From Octopus sinensis (Eukaryota), in NCBI RefSeq assembly GCF_006345805.1, contig NC_043000.1, positions 45,136,001-45,200,000 of the forward strand: DNA of 64,000 bases, in the 5' to 3' direction. The translations under genes were made by a program, and so were the position numbers. Under the pieces are notes generated by a model. It was not told the origin of the DNA. It worked only from the letters and a program-made list of their open reading frames with translations, and searched no databases. Each line of letters starts with the position of its first letter. Within the stretch, counting starts at the first letter, position 1. Positions 37,660 through 51,560 of this stretch are shown one piece after another.

Positions 37660-40000
37660 GGGGTGGGGGAAGGAAAGTAAATTCACACCAACAATGCACT
37701 TTTCAATACCTGTGATGTACCAGTTAAGACAATCTTTTGCACTTCCTGCAAGGATGGTAAGTGAGTGATCATTCTTAAATAATTTTCAGTTCCATTTTTG
37801 ATCAATCCAAGTGTTCCAACAATCACTGGTATTGTAACCGTCTTGAGATGCCACATCTTTTCGGTTTTGATTAGTAAATCATTATATTTTCTGAGTTTTT
37901 CAAATTCTTTTGTTGAGAATTTATGGTCACAGGGTATGCTCATGTCAATCAATGAACAGACTTTATTGTTTTGGTCTTTCACAACAAGATCTGGTTTATT
38001 TGCTGTGATGGTCCTCTCTGTACATACTGAAAAGTCCAAAAGAATAGTTACATTTTCCCCCTCAATTACAGCCTCAGAGTGATGCTTGTACCATTTCTCA
38101 GCAGTTTTGATTTTATAATACCGACACATTATCCAATGCAGATATTGGCCAACTCTGTCTTGTCTTGATTTGTGCTCTACAAATGCTGAAACCTTACATC
38201 CAGAGATTAGGTGGTCCATTGTTTCTACCCCATTATTGTAGTATCGTCACTTTGAGCCCACACCATTTTTCATCACATTGGCTTGATAGTTCCAGGTCAA
38301 TAAGCTCTGATCTTGAGCAGCTAAGATAAAGTCATCACTCTCTGCCTTTAGCCTTGATGAGTGTGCTTCTGGTCTACATCAGCTTGTTTGCTATGGGCCA
38401 CATATTTGCCATGCAGAGGTTTTTGTTCTCAACTATCAGCCAGTTGTTCAAACACATTTTGCTTTGCTATTGATTTCACCTTCTTTGTAACTACAGTTGC
38501 TGCACTTCCAACATGCTATTCAACCTTGGTATCATGCATAAACTCACTTGAAAATTTTTTGCTCTCCTTCTTAATAGAATGAAGCTTCTTACATCTTTCA
38601 TGGTTTTCAACAAGCTTTAGCATCCAGTTGTTAGATGTTTCAAGATATTTTGCCAGTCCAGTTATGGTTGTTTTGTAGGAGATTTCAAATTGGATCAAGC
38701 CTCAACCTCTTTGTGCTCTGGGTAGTTAAGGACGATCTGCATCTGCCTTTGGGCTGTGCATCTTATTGCAAGTCAGCAGCTTACGGATTTTCTTGTCAAT
38801 CTTCCTTATTTTGCTCATATTCCAGTTCAACATATTGAAACTGTAGATAACAACAAGAACTGCTAAGGAATTTGTAGCTAACACCTTGTAGGACTGCTTG
38901 AACTCACCTATAACACTCCTTCCAGGTCTTCTCTTTCACACTTGCATGCTGAATGCAACATCCTTCATTTATTCTGAAGTATTTGTTAATTTGTTCTTGT
39001 TCGGGTTCTTTTATGACTGTGTCAATATCAAACACAACTGAATGTGAGGTCTTCAATTATTATCATTGTCTTTATGGTTTCTTTTCATTATAACTTTATT
39101 TCAGTAACCTTAGCACCACGTATCCTCCAGAGGCCAAGAGTAGCAACAGCACTTTTGTTTTGCTATGCATGCTAAAATTATCACCACATTTATTCCATTT
39201 TAAATGAGAGTGCTTTTCGGGGTTAATAGTTTCTCGTTTTTGGTAAGAGATATGTAATCCTTTCTGTAAGCCACTTTGGGCTTTTACAGGTTTGGAGTAT
39301 CTTCATTGAGTACTATGGCTGATGTGTGGTGGGTGCTCATTAAAGAGTTTAGCCAAAAATTTGGAATTTTTTCTATAACTGGAGATTTCCATTTCTCTGA
39401 CTTGTTAAGTACTGCTTTCACATCTTTGGTTGCTATATCCTGCCATTTTTGATATTTGAGTTGGACATTGGCCTCTCCTATGTCCCTGACCCAATGTGCA
39501 TTCTGATTAAACTCCTTTGGATTACTCCAGATGTTTTTTTCAAAAACCTTCAGTTTTCTGCTGGGGAAGAGCTGTTTTTGCAATAATGGTATTTTTCCCC
39601 AGTTCCCTGTAGAAGATTTTTATGTTCTCCTTGAATAGCATGTTTTGTCCATGGAATACTGAGTATGTTTTGTATCTTGCCAGTCGTTTGATTTTTCAAT
39701 TGTAATTTTTGTTTGAGGATTTCAATCTATGCATCCTTTGTTTTCTTGTGAAGGTCATGTTTAGCAATTATTCTTAGTTTGTTGGGTTTATTAGTTTTCC
39801 CTTTGCTTGCTTCAAGTAAAAAAGATATATATTTGCTCTTAGTGGGATTATTTGCCAGTTTATTCTTTCCATCCATGCAGGCTGTTTGTGTACATTGTGT
39901 GTACAAGCCTTTATTGATGATAACAAAAAAGAGGCATGGAAATCTTATTATTATTCCTGCCACCATCGTCAATCTCTCTATTGTCATTTTTTCCCTCGTC
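37660..40000 (-). mobile_element. Second R4/Dong-like LINE, RT core deleted
   Basis: C-terminus DHLISGC...QDRVGQYLHW...NKPDLVVKD...IDMSIPCD...VIVGTLG. Pre-RT region WSNPKEFN...KWKSPVIEKIPNFWL at 39284-39583. Confidence 0.85.
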
Positions 40001-40728
40001 ATTTCCCACAGCCTCTCTTCTCCCTCTGCACTCTCTTATCTCTGTCTCTTTAACCTAAACATCCAATAATACCCTACACTTCTCATTCTTTCAGTGATTT
40101 CCACTAGATCCTTGCCACCCTTTTCTATTTCACACTTTTATATTCTTTTCACTTCATACCTTCCACTCATCTTTACCCTTTTAATAAGGAATTGCTCAAA
40201 GTGCTCTATCTAATCCATTTCATCAAATTGATGACTCAATTCTTCCCTTGTCAGTAATCCTTGAGACTAACCCCTTCTACACTTCCTTTAACTATAGTGC
40301 TTTCTCTATTCTGTTACTCTGTCCACTATCAACCTCACACAACTATAAATCTGTTCCTTTCATCATATTTTACCCTCTTTCAGTACCTTGCACAGAATCA
40401 TCATAGCCCTTTCTTATTCTCATTCAGTTGTAGAAACCATTTTAGGCACGTTATTCTTACAACTTGCCAGGCAAACTCACTAGTACTGGTAGCAGAAAAA
40501 TGTTCCCAAAATACTCTGTAAAATGAATGGCCTTAGAAAGCACATCTAGCTGTAGGAAGCATATCAAAACAGGCCTCTAGAGCATACCAGGGTCTTCCAA
40601 CTGACAAGGGACCATCAAAGTATTCGACTTGTAGTAGCACTGAAAGTAAACAATATACAATGATGATGATGATGATGGTGATGCACACACACACGTATAC
40701 ACACAGACATATACATATATATGTATAT

Positions 40729-40959
40729 AGGCGGCGAGCTGGCAGAAACGCTAGCACGCCGGGCGAAATGCTTAGCGGTTTTTCATCTGCCATCACATTC
40801 TGAGTTCAAATTCTGTCGAGGTCGACTTTGCCTTTCATCCTTTCGGGGTCGATAAATTAAGTACCAGCCACGCACTGGGGTCGATGTAATCGACTTAATC
40901 CATGTGTCTGTCCTTTTTGTCCCCTCTGTGTTTAGCCCCTTGTGGGTAGTAAAGAAATA
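40729..40959 (+). mobile_element. SINE family B, full length
   Basis: aggcggcgagctggcagaaacgctagcacgccgggcgaaatg...gagttcaaattc...gtaaagaaata. Confidence 0.92.
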
Positions 40960-41149
40960 TATACATATATATGTATGTGTGTGTGTGTATGTGTATATAT
41001 ATATCTATATATGTATGTATATGTTTGTATCTATGTATGCATACATATGTATGATTATGTAGATATAAGAATGTTTGTGTTTGTAAGAATTTGATTGTGT
41101 ATGTGTGTAATTTGATATAAGTATGAATTTGTGCTTGCCATATTTTCTT

Positions 41150-41745
41150 ATGAAAGTAAACTGTTGAGAAAGAATCCATTACAGCAAATGCTATCCAATT
41201 TTGTTCATGGAGGTATATCAATGGTTAATTCTGTTTTGTCAGTGATCAACAAGCTGGTTTCATGTGTTGGGTCTTGGGTCTTTCTTAACATTGTCTTTAA
41301 AAGCATTCCGTACCATGCATAGTGATGTACAAGAAAACCAAACAAGATATAACTTTGGTTGTCATGATTGATTGGTGTTCAACCTACATTGACCCTTTCA
41401 TCCTGGTATTAATTAAAAAACAAATTCCTGCAAGTTGTATTCTAAATTAAAACATTTGACCCACATAAATATATCAATAGTGAGTGTGTTTAGGAAGTCA
41501 AATAAAAGATGCTGCCACCTATCTGTGATATATTTTGAAATAATATCAAGTATTTTTAAGAATATGGTAGATTGTTCCATTGATGACTTGTTTCTCGGTT
41601 TTGCAAAGCAAAATCAATAGTGTCTGTGAATAGAATTCATGTTGTATGAGAAAAGAAGACAACCAGAAATTTGACATTTCATCTGAAATTTCATTTCCAC
41701 AGGAGAATGGAAACATGTAAAAAGTTGTTTAACAGGTTCTTGTGT
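41150..41745 (+). pseudogene. Unassigned decayed coding-like segment, copy 1
   Basis: Paralogous to 44470-45010. Shared frame QMLSxFV..IS.VNSVLSV.NKL.SC.GSWV, ENQT..NF, WCS..ID.FI.VLIK, FKNMV.C. Frameshifted. Confidence 0.45.
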
Positions 41746-42275
41746 AATTGCAGATAATACACACAAGCACATGCACACACACACACACACACATGCATGC
41801 ACGTGCATGTATGTGTGTATATATAACATTATTATTATTTTAGCAAGGACACCCTGATAGCTGTATTTAACAACACACATATATATATACATATATATAC
41901 ATATATGCATATTTATACACATGCACACATACACACACATATATATATATACTGTACATATATATAATATGTATGTATATATATTATATATATATATATA
42001 TGTATATATATGTGTATGTGTGTGTATTATGTGGTAATGCTTCAACAATTAAAAATGCACTCATTTAGCTAAAAGAGTAAAGATAATGTTATATTAAAAA
42101 CAATAAATCTTGTTAAATACAGCTACCCAGGATGTCCTCGTTGAAATAATAATAATGTTAACAACAGCAACAACAATAATAATAATGACATATATATATA
42201 TATGTACAGGGTACGCCATGATAGATTGTTAGCTCCTACATGCATTTTTTTTCTCTCCTTGTTATTTTCTGTGTA

Positions 42276-42313
42276 TCTTTCTGTCGAAGAGCGTAGGGTC
42301 GAAATGTAAAAGA
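42276..42313 (+). ncRNA. Non-canonical minimal hammerhead-like motif in a Penelope-like terminal segment
   Basis: UCUUU-CUGUCGA-A-GAGC(GUAG)GGUC-GAAA-UG-UA-AAAGA. Stem I has 5 bp; A6>U and one stem II mismatch. Confidence 0.4.
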
Positions 42314-42401
42314 CTTTTTCTATTCCTGAGCGCTATACTAATACATTTGTTTGTTTGTACTCCACCTGCCTTCGTCTTTTGTTTATTTTCGTAAACTTTC
42401 C

Positions 42402-42432
<31 letters not shown>

Positions 42433-42510
42433 CTGTATGTATATACAGACACATATACTCCACACATATATAGAGATGTATCTATAATTATATGTATATA
42501 TACAGATAGA

Positions 42511-42925
42511 CAGATGTGGTGTGCAAAAGAAAAGATTGCACTGGTATGGTCATGTGATGCATATGGACAAGGACAGCTACATAAAGAAGTGTCAATCCCT
42601 AAATGTGGAGGGAACCTGTCAGATAAGTAGATCTGGGAAGATGTGGAATGAAATGGTGAAGCATGGTCTTCAGATTTTGGGTGTCACAGAGGTGATGACA
42701 AATGTCAGGCATTGCGAAATTGTAATTGTGGACTGTACAAGCACATGTGACAGTAACATACAAAAAGCACCCATGACAGAGTGGTTGGCATTACGAAGGT
42801 CATACCAACAGTAGAAAGCAAACCAAAATCAGACAGGAGCCTGGCACAGCTCTTTGGCTCACCAGTTCTAGTGAGACTGTCTAAACCATACCAGCATGGA
42901 AAACAGATACTAAAGGATGATGATA
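42511..42925 (+). mobile_element. RTE C-terminal/3' UTR fragment with (GAT)n tail
   Basis: QKKRLHWYGHVMHMDKD...VEGT; tail gatgatgat. Confidence 0.8.
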
Positions 42926-43049
<124 letters not shown>

Positions 43050-43055
43050 TATGTA

Positions 43056-43915
43056 CAGGGTGCAATGGGCAAATTGTCGCCATTTATATTTTTAATTTCA
43101 CGAATATTCCTTGTTTGTTTTTGATTTTATTGACTACATACTACAGTAGGATCAGTTAGACACTGTTTGTGAGAAAACCAACACCATGACACAATTCACT
43201 CTGCCAGAAATTTGGAATCGACATGTTGTACTGCTTGGCATCTATGCCAGATTCTCCAATACAAACATTTCAGAGTGTTTGAGTGTCAATCTGAGGACAG
43301 TGCAATCTGAGGTTATGTATCAAGAGTGATAAAAATCAAATATCCAATCAACATCATGGTGTTTGAAGTGATCGCTAGTGATGGCAACGTTATGCCTCAG
43401 TTCATCTTCCCACATGGCCTCAGACTCCACACGGAGGCCTACATCAAACGCCTGGAAGAGGTAGTGCTGCCCTGGATCAAGAGGGTGGCTGCTGGAAGAC
43501 CTATGTTTGGCAACAGCATTCTGAACCATGCCACACAAGCAGGAGAACCCAGTCATAGCTGTCAGACAATTTCTGTGACCACATAACCCCTAACATCTGG
43601 CCATCTGACTCCACACACTGCAACTGCCTTGATTATTATGTATTGGGCGCAGTTGAGCAAGAGACCAACAAAACTCCTTGTAACACCAAAGATGAACTGA
43701 AGGTAAGGATTATGGCAGCATTCACCAACTTAAACAAGGAAACCGTCCAGAAGAGTTACAGGAGGTTCTGAAATCGTCTGCAGGCTGTGATTAAAGCCAA
43801 TGGCAATTTTATTGAATAAATTTACTCTTTTGTATTTCAAGATAATTTTGCATAATTTTGGTAAATATATCTCATTTTTGCATAACTTAGATGACAGTTT
43901 ATTCACCACACCCTG
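43056..43915 (+). mobile_element. Internally deleted maT-family (DD37D) Tc1/mariner element
   Basis: TA|CAGGGTG...CACCCTG|TA. VWQQ(H)SEPCHTS...WPSDS..CNCLDYY gives 37 residues between the second catalytic position (D>H here) and the third D. Confidence 0.85.
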
Positions 43916-44089
43916 TATACACACACAGACACACAGGCACACACACACACGCACACGCACACACACACACACACACAAACACACAAAAATATAAATACAC
44001 ACACGCGTGTGTGGGGGTCTAAGATTGGAAGCAAAGATTATTGTCTCTATGACGCCAACGGTTGTAACATGCGCATGATGTCAAAACAA

Positions 44090-44300
44090 AGAGATGTCAA
44101 CTGATACACAAAAACACACATGTACACATGCACACAGACTCATACACATATATGTACACAACAGGCTTCTTTCAGTTTCCATCTACCAAATCCACTCGCA
44201 AGACTTTGGTTGGCTTGAGAGCATAATAGAAGACACATGCAGTGGAATTGAACCTGAAATACAGTGGTTGGGAATTATGCTGCCTAACCACACAGCCATG
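44090..44300 (-). mobile_element. SINE family A, 5' half
   Basis: accacacagcc...caaatccactc...cttctttcagtttcc. Confidence 0.7.
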
Positions 44301-44469
44301 CTTGCATCAATGTTTGTGTATGTCTATATATGTATGTATTTATACATACATACATTAACACTTACACCTACACACACAATAAAACCAATATGGTATTCTA
44401 GCACTTACAACTATATGTGTGCGAAAGCATTATTTATGACATATAAAGGTATGCACGTCTTGTAAAGTT

Positions 44470-45010
44470 TTGGAAAGCATCCAATACTGCAAATGCTATC
44501 TGATTTTGTCAATAGGGACATATCATTGGTTAATTCTGTGTTGTCAGTGAGCAATAAACTATCTTCTTGTATTGGGTCTTGGGTTTTATTCATTTTGTAT
44601 TGAAAAGCTTTCTGTATCATGCATTGTGGTGTACATGAAAATCAAACAGGACACAACTTCGATTATTATTGGTGTTCACCAAACATTGACTCTTTCATTG
44701 TAGTATTAATTAAAAATATAAATTCCCCCAAGTTGTATTGTAAATTGAAGGAAGTGAAATGGAAAAGGCTACCTTATATCTATGATATATCCAGCTATAT
44801 TATGAAGGGTTTTTTTTTAAGAATATGGTAGGCTGTTTGATATCAGGTATATTGGTCTGGGATCATAGAAAGAATCATGTCTTTGAACAGATTTGGTATA
44901 TAAAGGAATGAGCTTAACTAGAAATATAGAATTTATAATAAATGTGCTGAGAATTCGTCTTTGCATAAAAATTAAATAGGTGAAAACTTGTTAAATAGGT
45001 GAAGCATAGT
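44470..45010 (+). pseudogene. Unassigned decayed coding-like segment, copy 2
   Basis: See 41150-41745. Confidence 0.45.
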
Positions 45011-45075
45011 TACAATTATCATGATGGTATCATGATTAAAAGTATACATCTCTGAGTATAAAAACAAAATATATG

Positions 45076-45131
<56 letters not shown>

Positions 45132-45185
45132 GACATGCATGTGTGTGTGTTTGTATAAATGTATATATGTATGTTTATTTATATA

Positions 45186-45216
<31 letters not shown>

Positions 45217-45222
45217 GTATGC

Positions 45223-45490
45223 GAGGGCATATGGTCTAGTGGTTAGAGTGTTGCACTCATGGTCACAAGATCATGATTTCAATTTCTAGATTGGGTGATG
45301 CATTGCATTCTTGAGCAAACACTTCGTCTTACATTGCTCTGTGATCACTTCAACACCTGATGCATGGTATGCAGTGCACCTATTGAGACAATGTCAATTT
45401 GATGTAGAGAGTGGGGTAATGAGCGATACAAATATTTCATCACAATAAACAAATCATTTATGCAGGTTGTTTGACAAAAAGCTGAATGCT
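45223..45490 (+). mobile_element. tRNA-derived SINE-like element, family C
   Basis: gggcatatGGTCTAGTGGttag A box and ttcttgagcaaacact central motif. Confidence 0.6.
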
Positions 45491-45581
45491 TATACATCAT
45501 CTTTGACAGGGGAGTCCATCATATAAATATATATATGGAGAGAGGGAGAGAGAGAGGGAGAGAAAGTGGTATATATATATA

Positions 45582-45751
<170 letters not shown>

Positions 45752-46029
45752 GGGTAGATATAATTGTGTAGCATCCATATTCCATGCTGGAATAGGTAAG
45801 ATGATTTGACAAGGTCTGACTGACCCAAGGACTGCATCATGTTTAAACCATCTACTTTTATATATTTTCTATGGCTGGATATTCATCCTAACACCAACAA
45901 CCTTGCAGCATTTACTGTTTTTTTTTTTGTTTTGTGCCACCAGCACTAGACAGATTGCTATGTAGCTTGTAAGTTTATAATCCCTTAGGGAGGCGACTGT
46001 ATTCTAGTAGATGAGAGATTAAAGCATGA

Positions 46030-46590
46030 GAAAGAACAAGTTTTTTTTGCTGTAGAAGTGCTACATGGCAGTTTCAGTTTTAGAAGTAATGGTGAGGGTG
46101 GTCAGGGTGGAGCACCGAGAGATGAGTGAGGAAATGACTGAGGAGGTTAAAATAAAATATAACAAACAATTGTTGAGTGGATGATAGCTTGGGAATATAG
46201 GGAAGAATGTAGAGTGACAATTGTAGAGATATGATTGGCTTGAGGGGTGGATGTAGTGAATGGAGCATAAAGTTTGGAGATGACCAATGATGTATGAGGG
46301 TGAAGAATAGCAGAATAATAATGATGATACAGAAGCTATGTGAAGTTTGGAAGAGAAAGAGAAAGATGGATGAGAGGTTGGGTAGCTTGTGAGAGTCTGA
46401 GAAAGGAGAAAGAGGCATACATAGTGTATGGAATGAATGACTTCAAGGATAAATGGGTTAATGTAAAGTGTAGTGAGAGAGACTAGTATTAAGTTTGAGG
46501 GATATGTATCGAGGGAAACAGTTCTGGGTTTGAGAAAATTTGGTAGTGTCAAGGAAGAGTTGCAGTTAAAGAAGAAAAGTGGTGGGGTGT
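46030..46590 (-). mobile_element. Purine/pyrimidine-skewed retroelement-like remnant, clade not assigned
   Basis: Two long overlapping Ser/Leu/His-rich minus ORFs with no diagnostic motif. Confidence 0.3.
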
Positions 46591-46669
46591 CTTGAATGAG
46601 AAATTGGACCCAGCAGCCTCTGGCACATACTTACGCATGCACACACACACACACAACACACACACACAC

Positions 46670-46723
<54 letters not shown>

Positions 46724-48414
46724 GCTTCTAGAAAGAACTTAGTTTCATGGAGGTCTTCTCAAAAACTGATATTGCCAATTATCCCAGCCCTTTTCCATTT
46801 CCTCTGATATGTTCAAGGCTCTAAGATCAACATTCATAATTTTGCCCCATGTCTTCCTGAGTCTCTATTTTCAGTAACCTCCATCCACATTTAGTAACCA
46901 GAATTTCATCATACAGTTGTCTTCATACACACACACATCACATGTCCATCACAGTGCAGTCCTCTTTATTGAACGCAACATCTAGTTCCCTTATACCAAA
47001 TTTTTGTCTCAGTATATTTGTATGATGACATTCATGCACAATACCATTTCACTTTGAATGGAGGAGACTCGCTTCATTTCTTTCTAGTTTTCTTAGGTTC
47101 TCTTCTTTCTATACCCATGGTTTGGGTTGATAAGTTTGTTAATCAAGTATACAAGTTGGAGTCAGTATCAAGATCTAGTCAACAAAGTTTGTAATCAACA
47201 AGTCTTATTTGTTCATTAGAACACTGACTCTAGCAGCTTGTAAAATTATATGCAAAGAAAGTTTTAGTATAGAATGATGATAAAATAATGTTAACAGATT
47301 TTCTAGGATGTAAAATACAGAAAAACAGATGCGTAACAAACTAAATTTCTGATTGAGTAATAATAGACTGATTTAGCTTCTTCTTTTTAATGTTTACCGA
47401 AATAATTAGTAGTAGTTGAAGAAATTTTAGTAATAGTTAATACACCCTTAAAATTAAATTTTAATACAGCATCTGTGAAGAAAATTTAATTACTCTCCAT
47501 TATAATATTGTTTAACAAGTAATATTAGTTTTACTTTTGCAAAATATTCATACACATGTATAAGCACTCATATATAAACATATAAACTCACACACAAAAT
47601 CACATGCAGACATGCATGCATATATACACGCAAATATACAGAACTTCCTTTCATTCTTTAAATTATAATAAACTGATAGCAAATTATAATGAGCTTTCAT
47701 TCATCAGTTTAGTTTGAAACTTAGAAGAACAAAAACTCATGGAAATTCCTGCTGTTGAAATGTTTTATCTCATATACTACCATTGTTTATTTGTTGCTAG
47801 TTTTTTGTTTGTTTTTGTTTATTTTGTTACTTTCTGTTTTTTTTTTCTTTGCTTATGTATGATACTTAACCAAGATAAATAGAAAACAATAGCAAGTGCA
47901 AAAACAAAGTAAAAAAGAACGATCGTACTTGGCTTGCAACTGATAGATTGTGGCAAGCATAGAGGTATTATTTTCTGAATAGACTAAAAAAAGGGGTGAG
48001 TGGGGAGTTCGTGGTAGTGGGGAGAGAAAAGCTAGTTAATTCTTGTAATACAATATTGACCGATAGCTTTTTGTTGTTGTTGTTTGTTTACTTTTCATTG
48101 TGTTTTCATTGGTTGTTTGTTTTTGCTTAATGGGAAAAATCATCACAACTAGGCAGAAGGATGATTGAAGGTTTATTGGAGTTTATCTTTGGTTTAATTT
48201 GGAAATTATACATACATATGTGCATACATACATGCATACATGCATACATGCATACATACATTCATGCATGCATACATACATACATACATACATACATACA
48301 TACATCATACATACATACATACATACATATATATATATTATGCATAAATACATACCTATATATATAAATATTTGTATATATATATTTTTGTGTGTGCGTG
48401 TATATATATATATA

Positions 48415-48446
<32 letters not shown>

Positions 48447-48449
48447 TTG

Positions 48450-48482
<33 letters not shown>

Positions 48483-49269
48483 TTGTGTGTATATATATAT
48501 ATATATGAAAAACACAGTTGCGTTGATTGGAAATAGATCAAATGAGAAGGTGAATTTAAAAACTAAAAATAAGTAGAGGAGATAAAAAAAAATGGTGCTG
48601 AAATTCAGAATAAATATTTTGCCAAAATAGCTGAGAGATTATGATGAAGATTTGATTGATGAGAATGTAAAAGAAAAAAAATGGTAAATTTTACCCAGAT
48701 AGCACTTCTTTTAGTTTTATTTACTTTATTTTGTGATTGTTACTTAATTAAGTTTGGTACATAAAAACAGAATGTAACATATAAAAATAAGGAAAATGTA
48801 CTCTGATTTCTTGCTGTACAATGTTGCAGAATGTTTTAAGGTAATTTTGATATCTTTTGCAAAATGTTTTTGTTAACAAATGCAGATGGTTTATCTTGTC
48901 TAGCCTTCATGCTGTCAATATAAAAGCCAGATAAAAACTTTTAGTATTTACTTATGTTTTTAATTTTTAATACTTATATTTTTAATACATTGATTTCCTT
49001 CTTAGACATAAGGCCATTTTTATAATGAAAGTTGGGAGTATAGCTAATTATATTGATTACTAGAGTAAGTAAACACTGATGGATAATTTATTGACCTTTC
49101 ACCCAAGATGTGGCAGAATGAAAATAAAAATTACAAAAATCAACACCCTGTCACCATCAGTTAATAACATAGATACATATATAGATAAATATACATGCAC
49201 ATTTGTTCATATGCATGCACACTTATCCAAATATGAGCACAGGAATCAGAATATCTAATAAATGTAAAG

Positions 49270-49620
49270 AAGAATACAGATCTCTTCCTTCTTTGAAACT
49301 TGGGGATATTCTACTCTGTAACAAAATATAAAACTAAAATAGTTATTCATGGGCATTTGGAATTTAAAAAAGTCACAGAGGAAATTAACCTCGCTACAAG
49401 CCTTGCATGAAATACTGACAAGATTATAACATCTTACATCATGTTACATCCATGCAATACAGGATCAAGAAATTCCTAATAAAAAAACTTTTATACATAA
49501 AAGACTGGAAATGCCTGGTGATACCATATGTAGATTACATAAAAACTAAAACTGAAGCCTCTGACCTCTTTGTCACCAAGTGTGGGTGAATGACTTCACA
49601 TACTTCTTTTTAACTAAATT
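49270..49620 (+). mobile_element. R4/NeSL-like LINE fragment (pre-zinc-finger region)
   Basis: IQDQEIPNKK...DTICRL resembles AIQDQ...CRLC of REL LINEs. Confidence 0.5.
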
Positions 49621-49859
49621 CAAATACTGTCAAACTGATAGTGTTCTTTGAGACTGCAAAATAAGAAAAACGGTCTGTTTATGAAGTTAGCTACACACTT
49701 GAGTGTGTAGCCTGTCTGTGTGACTTATAGGCAGATAGATTAACCTTCTTAAATGGACACTTAGAAGAGGAACACTCATCATATAAGAAGAAAATTATGC
49801 ATAGGTGCACATCCTAATTGATCATATCATTCAGATATATATTGACTCATCAACCATGG

Positions 49860-50830
49860 TATTCTCTAGAATTTGGTTTTGTCCTTCACTCTCTTCCTAC
49901 TATGCATCAATGACATACTTGTGGCCACATTCAGCAATGACCACTCTTATGTAGATAACACAACCCTTTATTCTTCCTCAGCTTTCCCTAATCAAGTACC
50001 ATCTCATCTACATGTGGTTGATACATCACTCACTAAATCTGCATTGGGAACCTTGAAAACCTCTTTCAACAGGGTCATACATACCTTGTTTCTTGGAACA
50101 GTAAAAAAGACCCAAAACTACTCATATCAATAAAGCACCACTACATTTCACTAACCATTACTGGTACTCAACTGGATCCCTTACAGTCACTCTAAATGCT
50201 AGGTCTCACTAACACAGAGAATTTATGCAGGTTAAAGCATACCCTTAGTATAGTTTGAAGACTGGCCCTCCTTTTCGAGAATAGAAAATATTTTAGCCCT
50301 CAACAACTACTGACATTTTACAAGGCACAACAGTGGCCCACCATGGAGTATTCCTTTCACATCTGGGATACTATTGCTGTTATGCATACAGACATACCAG
50401 ATCATATCCAGAGAATGGTTACTTGACTAAGTGGTGTTTAACCCTTTCGTCACCAACCCAGGGGACATCAGCTCTGGCTCTGAATACAAATGTCTTGTTG
50501 TCATAAGATTTGAATTAAAATCTTCCACTGAACCTTAGTCACAATTTATGTTCCTAACACTAGCTGAATGATAACTAAGTTATTTTACTAAACTCTTTGT
50601 TATACTTAAAGTAATTGAAAGAAACACAGAGCATCTCAAAATAAATACAGTAACAAAAGGGTTAATTGCTAACAGATACACTCCAGTCTCCACCCTACAA
50701 GCTTTCTGTCTTGTATGTCTCTTTTCTGTTACTATTGAAAAGGTCTCTGTTCCTGGAAGCTGGCTAATCTCATACTTCCATCACTCAGTCACTCCTAACC
50801 TATTTGTTTTTCCATCTTTTATGATTCATG
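49860..50830 (+). mobile_element. CR1/Jockey-like LINE RT remnant interrupted by a MITE
   Basis: LFLLCINDIL...HSYVDNTTL; FSPQQLLTFYKAQQWPTMEYSFHIW. Confidence 0.75.
50438..50665 (+). mobile_element. piggyBac-type MITE, family 1
   Basis: TTAA|CCCTTTCGTCAC...GTAACAAAAGGG|TTAA. Confidence 0.85.
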
Positions 50831-50949
50831 GTTCATTTAGTACTATCAGCTCCAAACTAACCAATATGTTCAATCTTTTTTCCAAGATCACTGACCCTCT
50901 GTAATGTTCTCTTTTTCATGTTTTTTCTGGGAGTTGTTAAAGTGTATGA

Positions 50950-51560
50950 GTTTAAACAGGAAATTAATTGTATCAAGCTTACTAGCCTTAGAGGGACTTC
51001 AAATTTTATGGGAAATCTCTCTTGCCTCCAGGTGCAACAAGTGAGCAAGAAAAATATCTTGCAGTTTAAAGAATATTGAGATAAGAAATGTTGATTGTTG
51101 CTTAACAGTATGGAAGATATCACCTACATCATTTGCAGCTGTCCGGAAATGCTGAAAAGCTATTACCTTCATCTGGGACATGATATTACTGGCAAAGCTA
51201 TATTCAATGTTTTCTACAGGAAGAAGTTTCCACACAGTCATATGAAATGCATGACAAAAGCAGGAAATATAAAAGACATACTCAGAAAATGTCCAAATAA
51301 AAGAAATCCAGTGCTTTGTTCAGTATAATAAGGAATAATAATCATGCACTGTTGTAGAGCTCAGTTACTGAATGGATGTGAATGTCTCACCAAAAGTTAT
51401 AGAAAAAGAGAATATATATGGAAAATTAATATGGATGTTATAGTTCTTTGTATCCAAATTAGAGATTTTCATTTGTACCTATTATTATGATTGAACTTGG
51501 CTTTATACCATCATATTTGCATAAAAGCCAGAAAATGCCATGTTTCTCCAAGAAGGAACA
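50950..51560 (+). mobile_element. R4/NeSL-like LINE C-terminal remnant (CCHC finger plus REL)
   Basis: EDITYIICSCPEMLKSYYLHLGHD; KENIYGKL...FVPIIMIELGFIP. Confidence 0.65.

Noticed and set aside
45223-45300. tRNA gene (also the heads at 55195, 37232 and 10614)
   Set aside because: A/B boxes are present but there is no complete cloverleaf and no poly-T terminator. They continue into SINE bodies.
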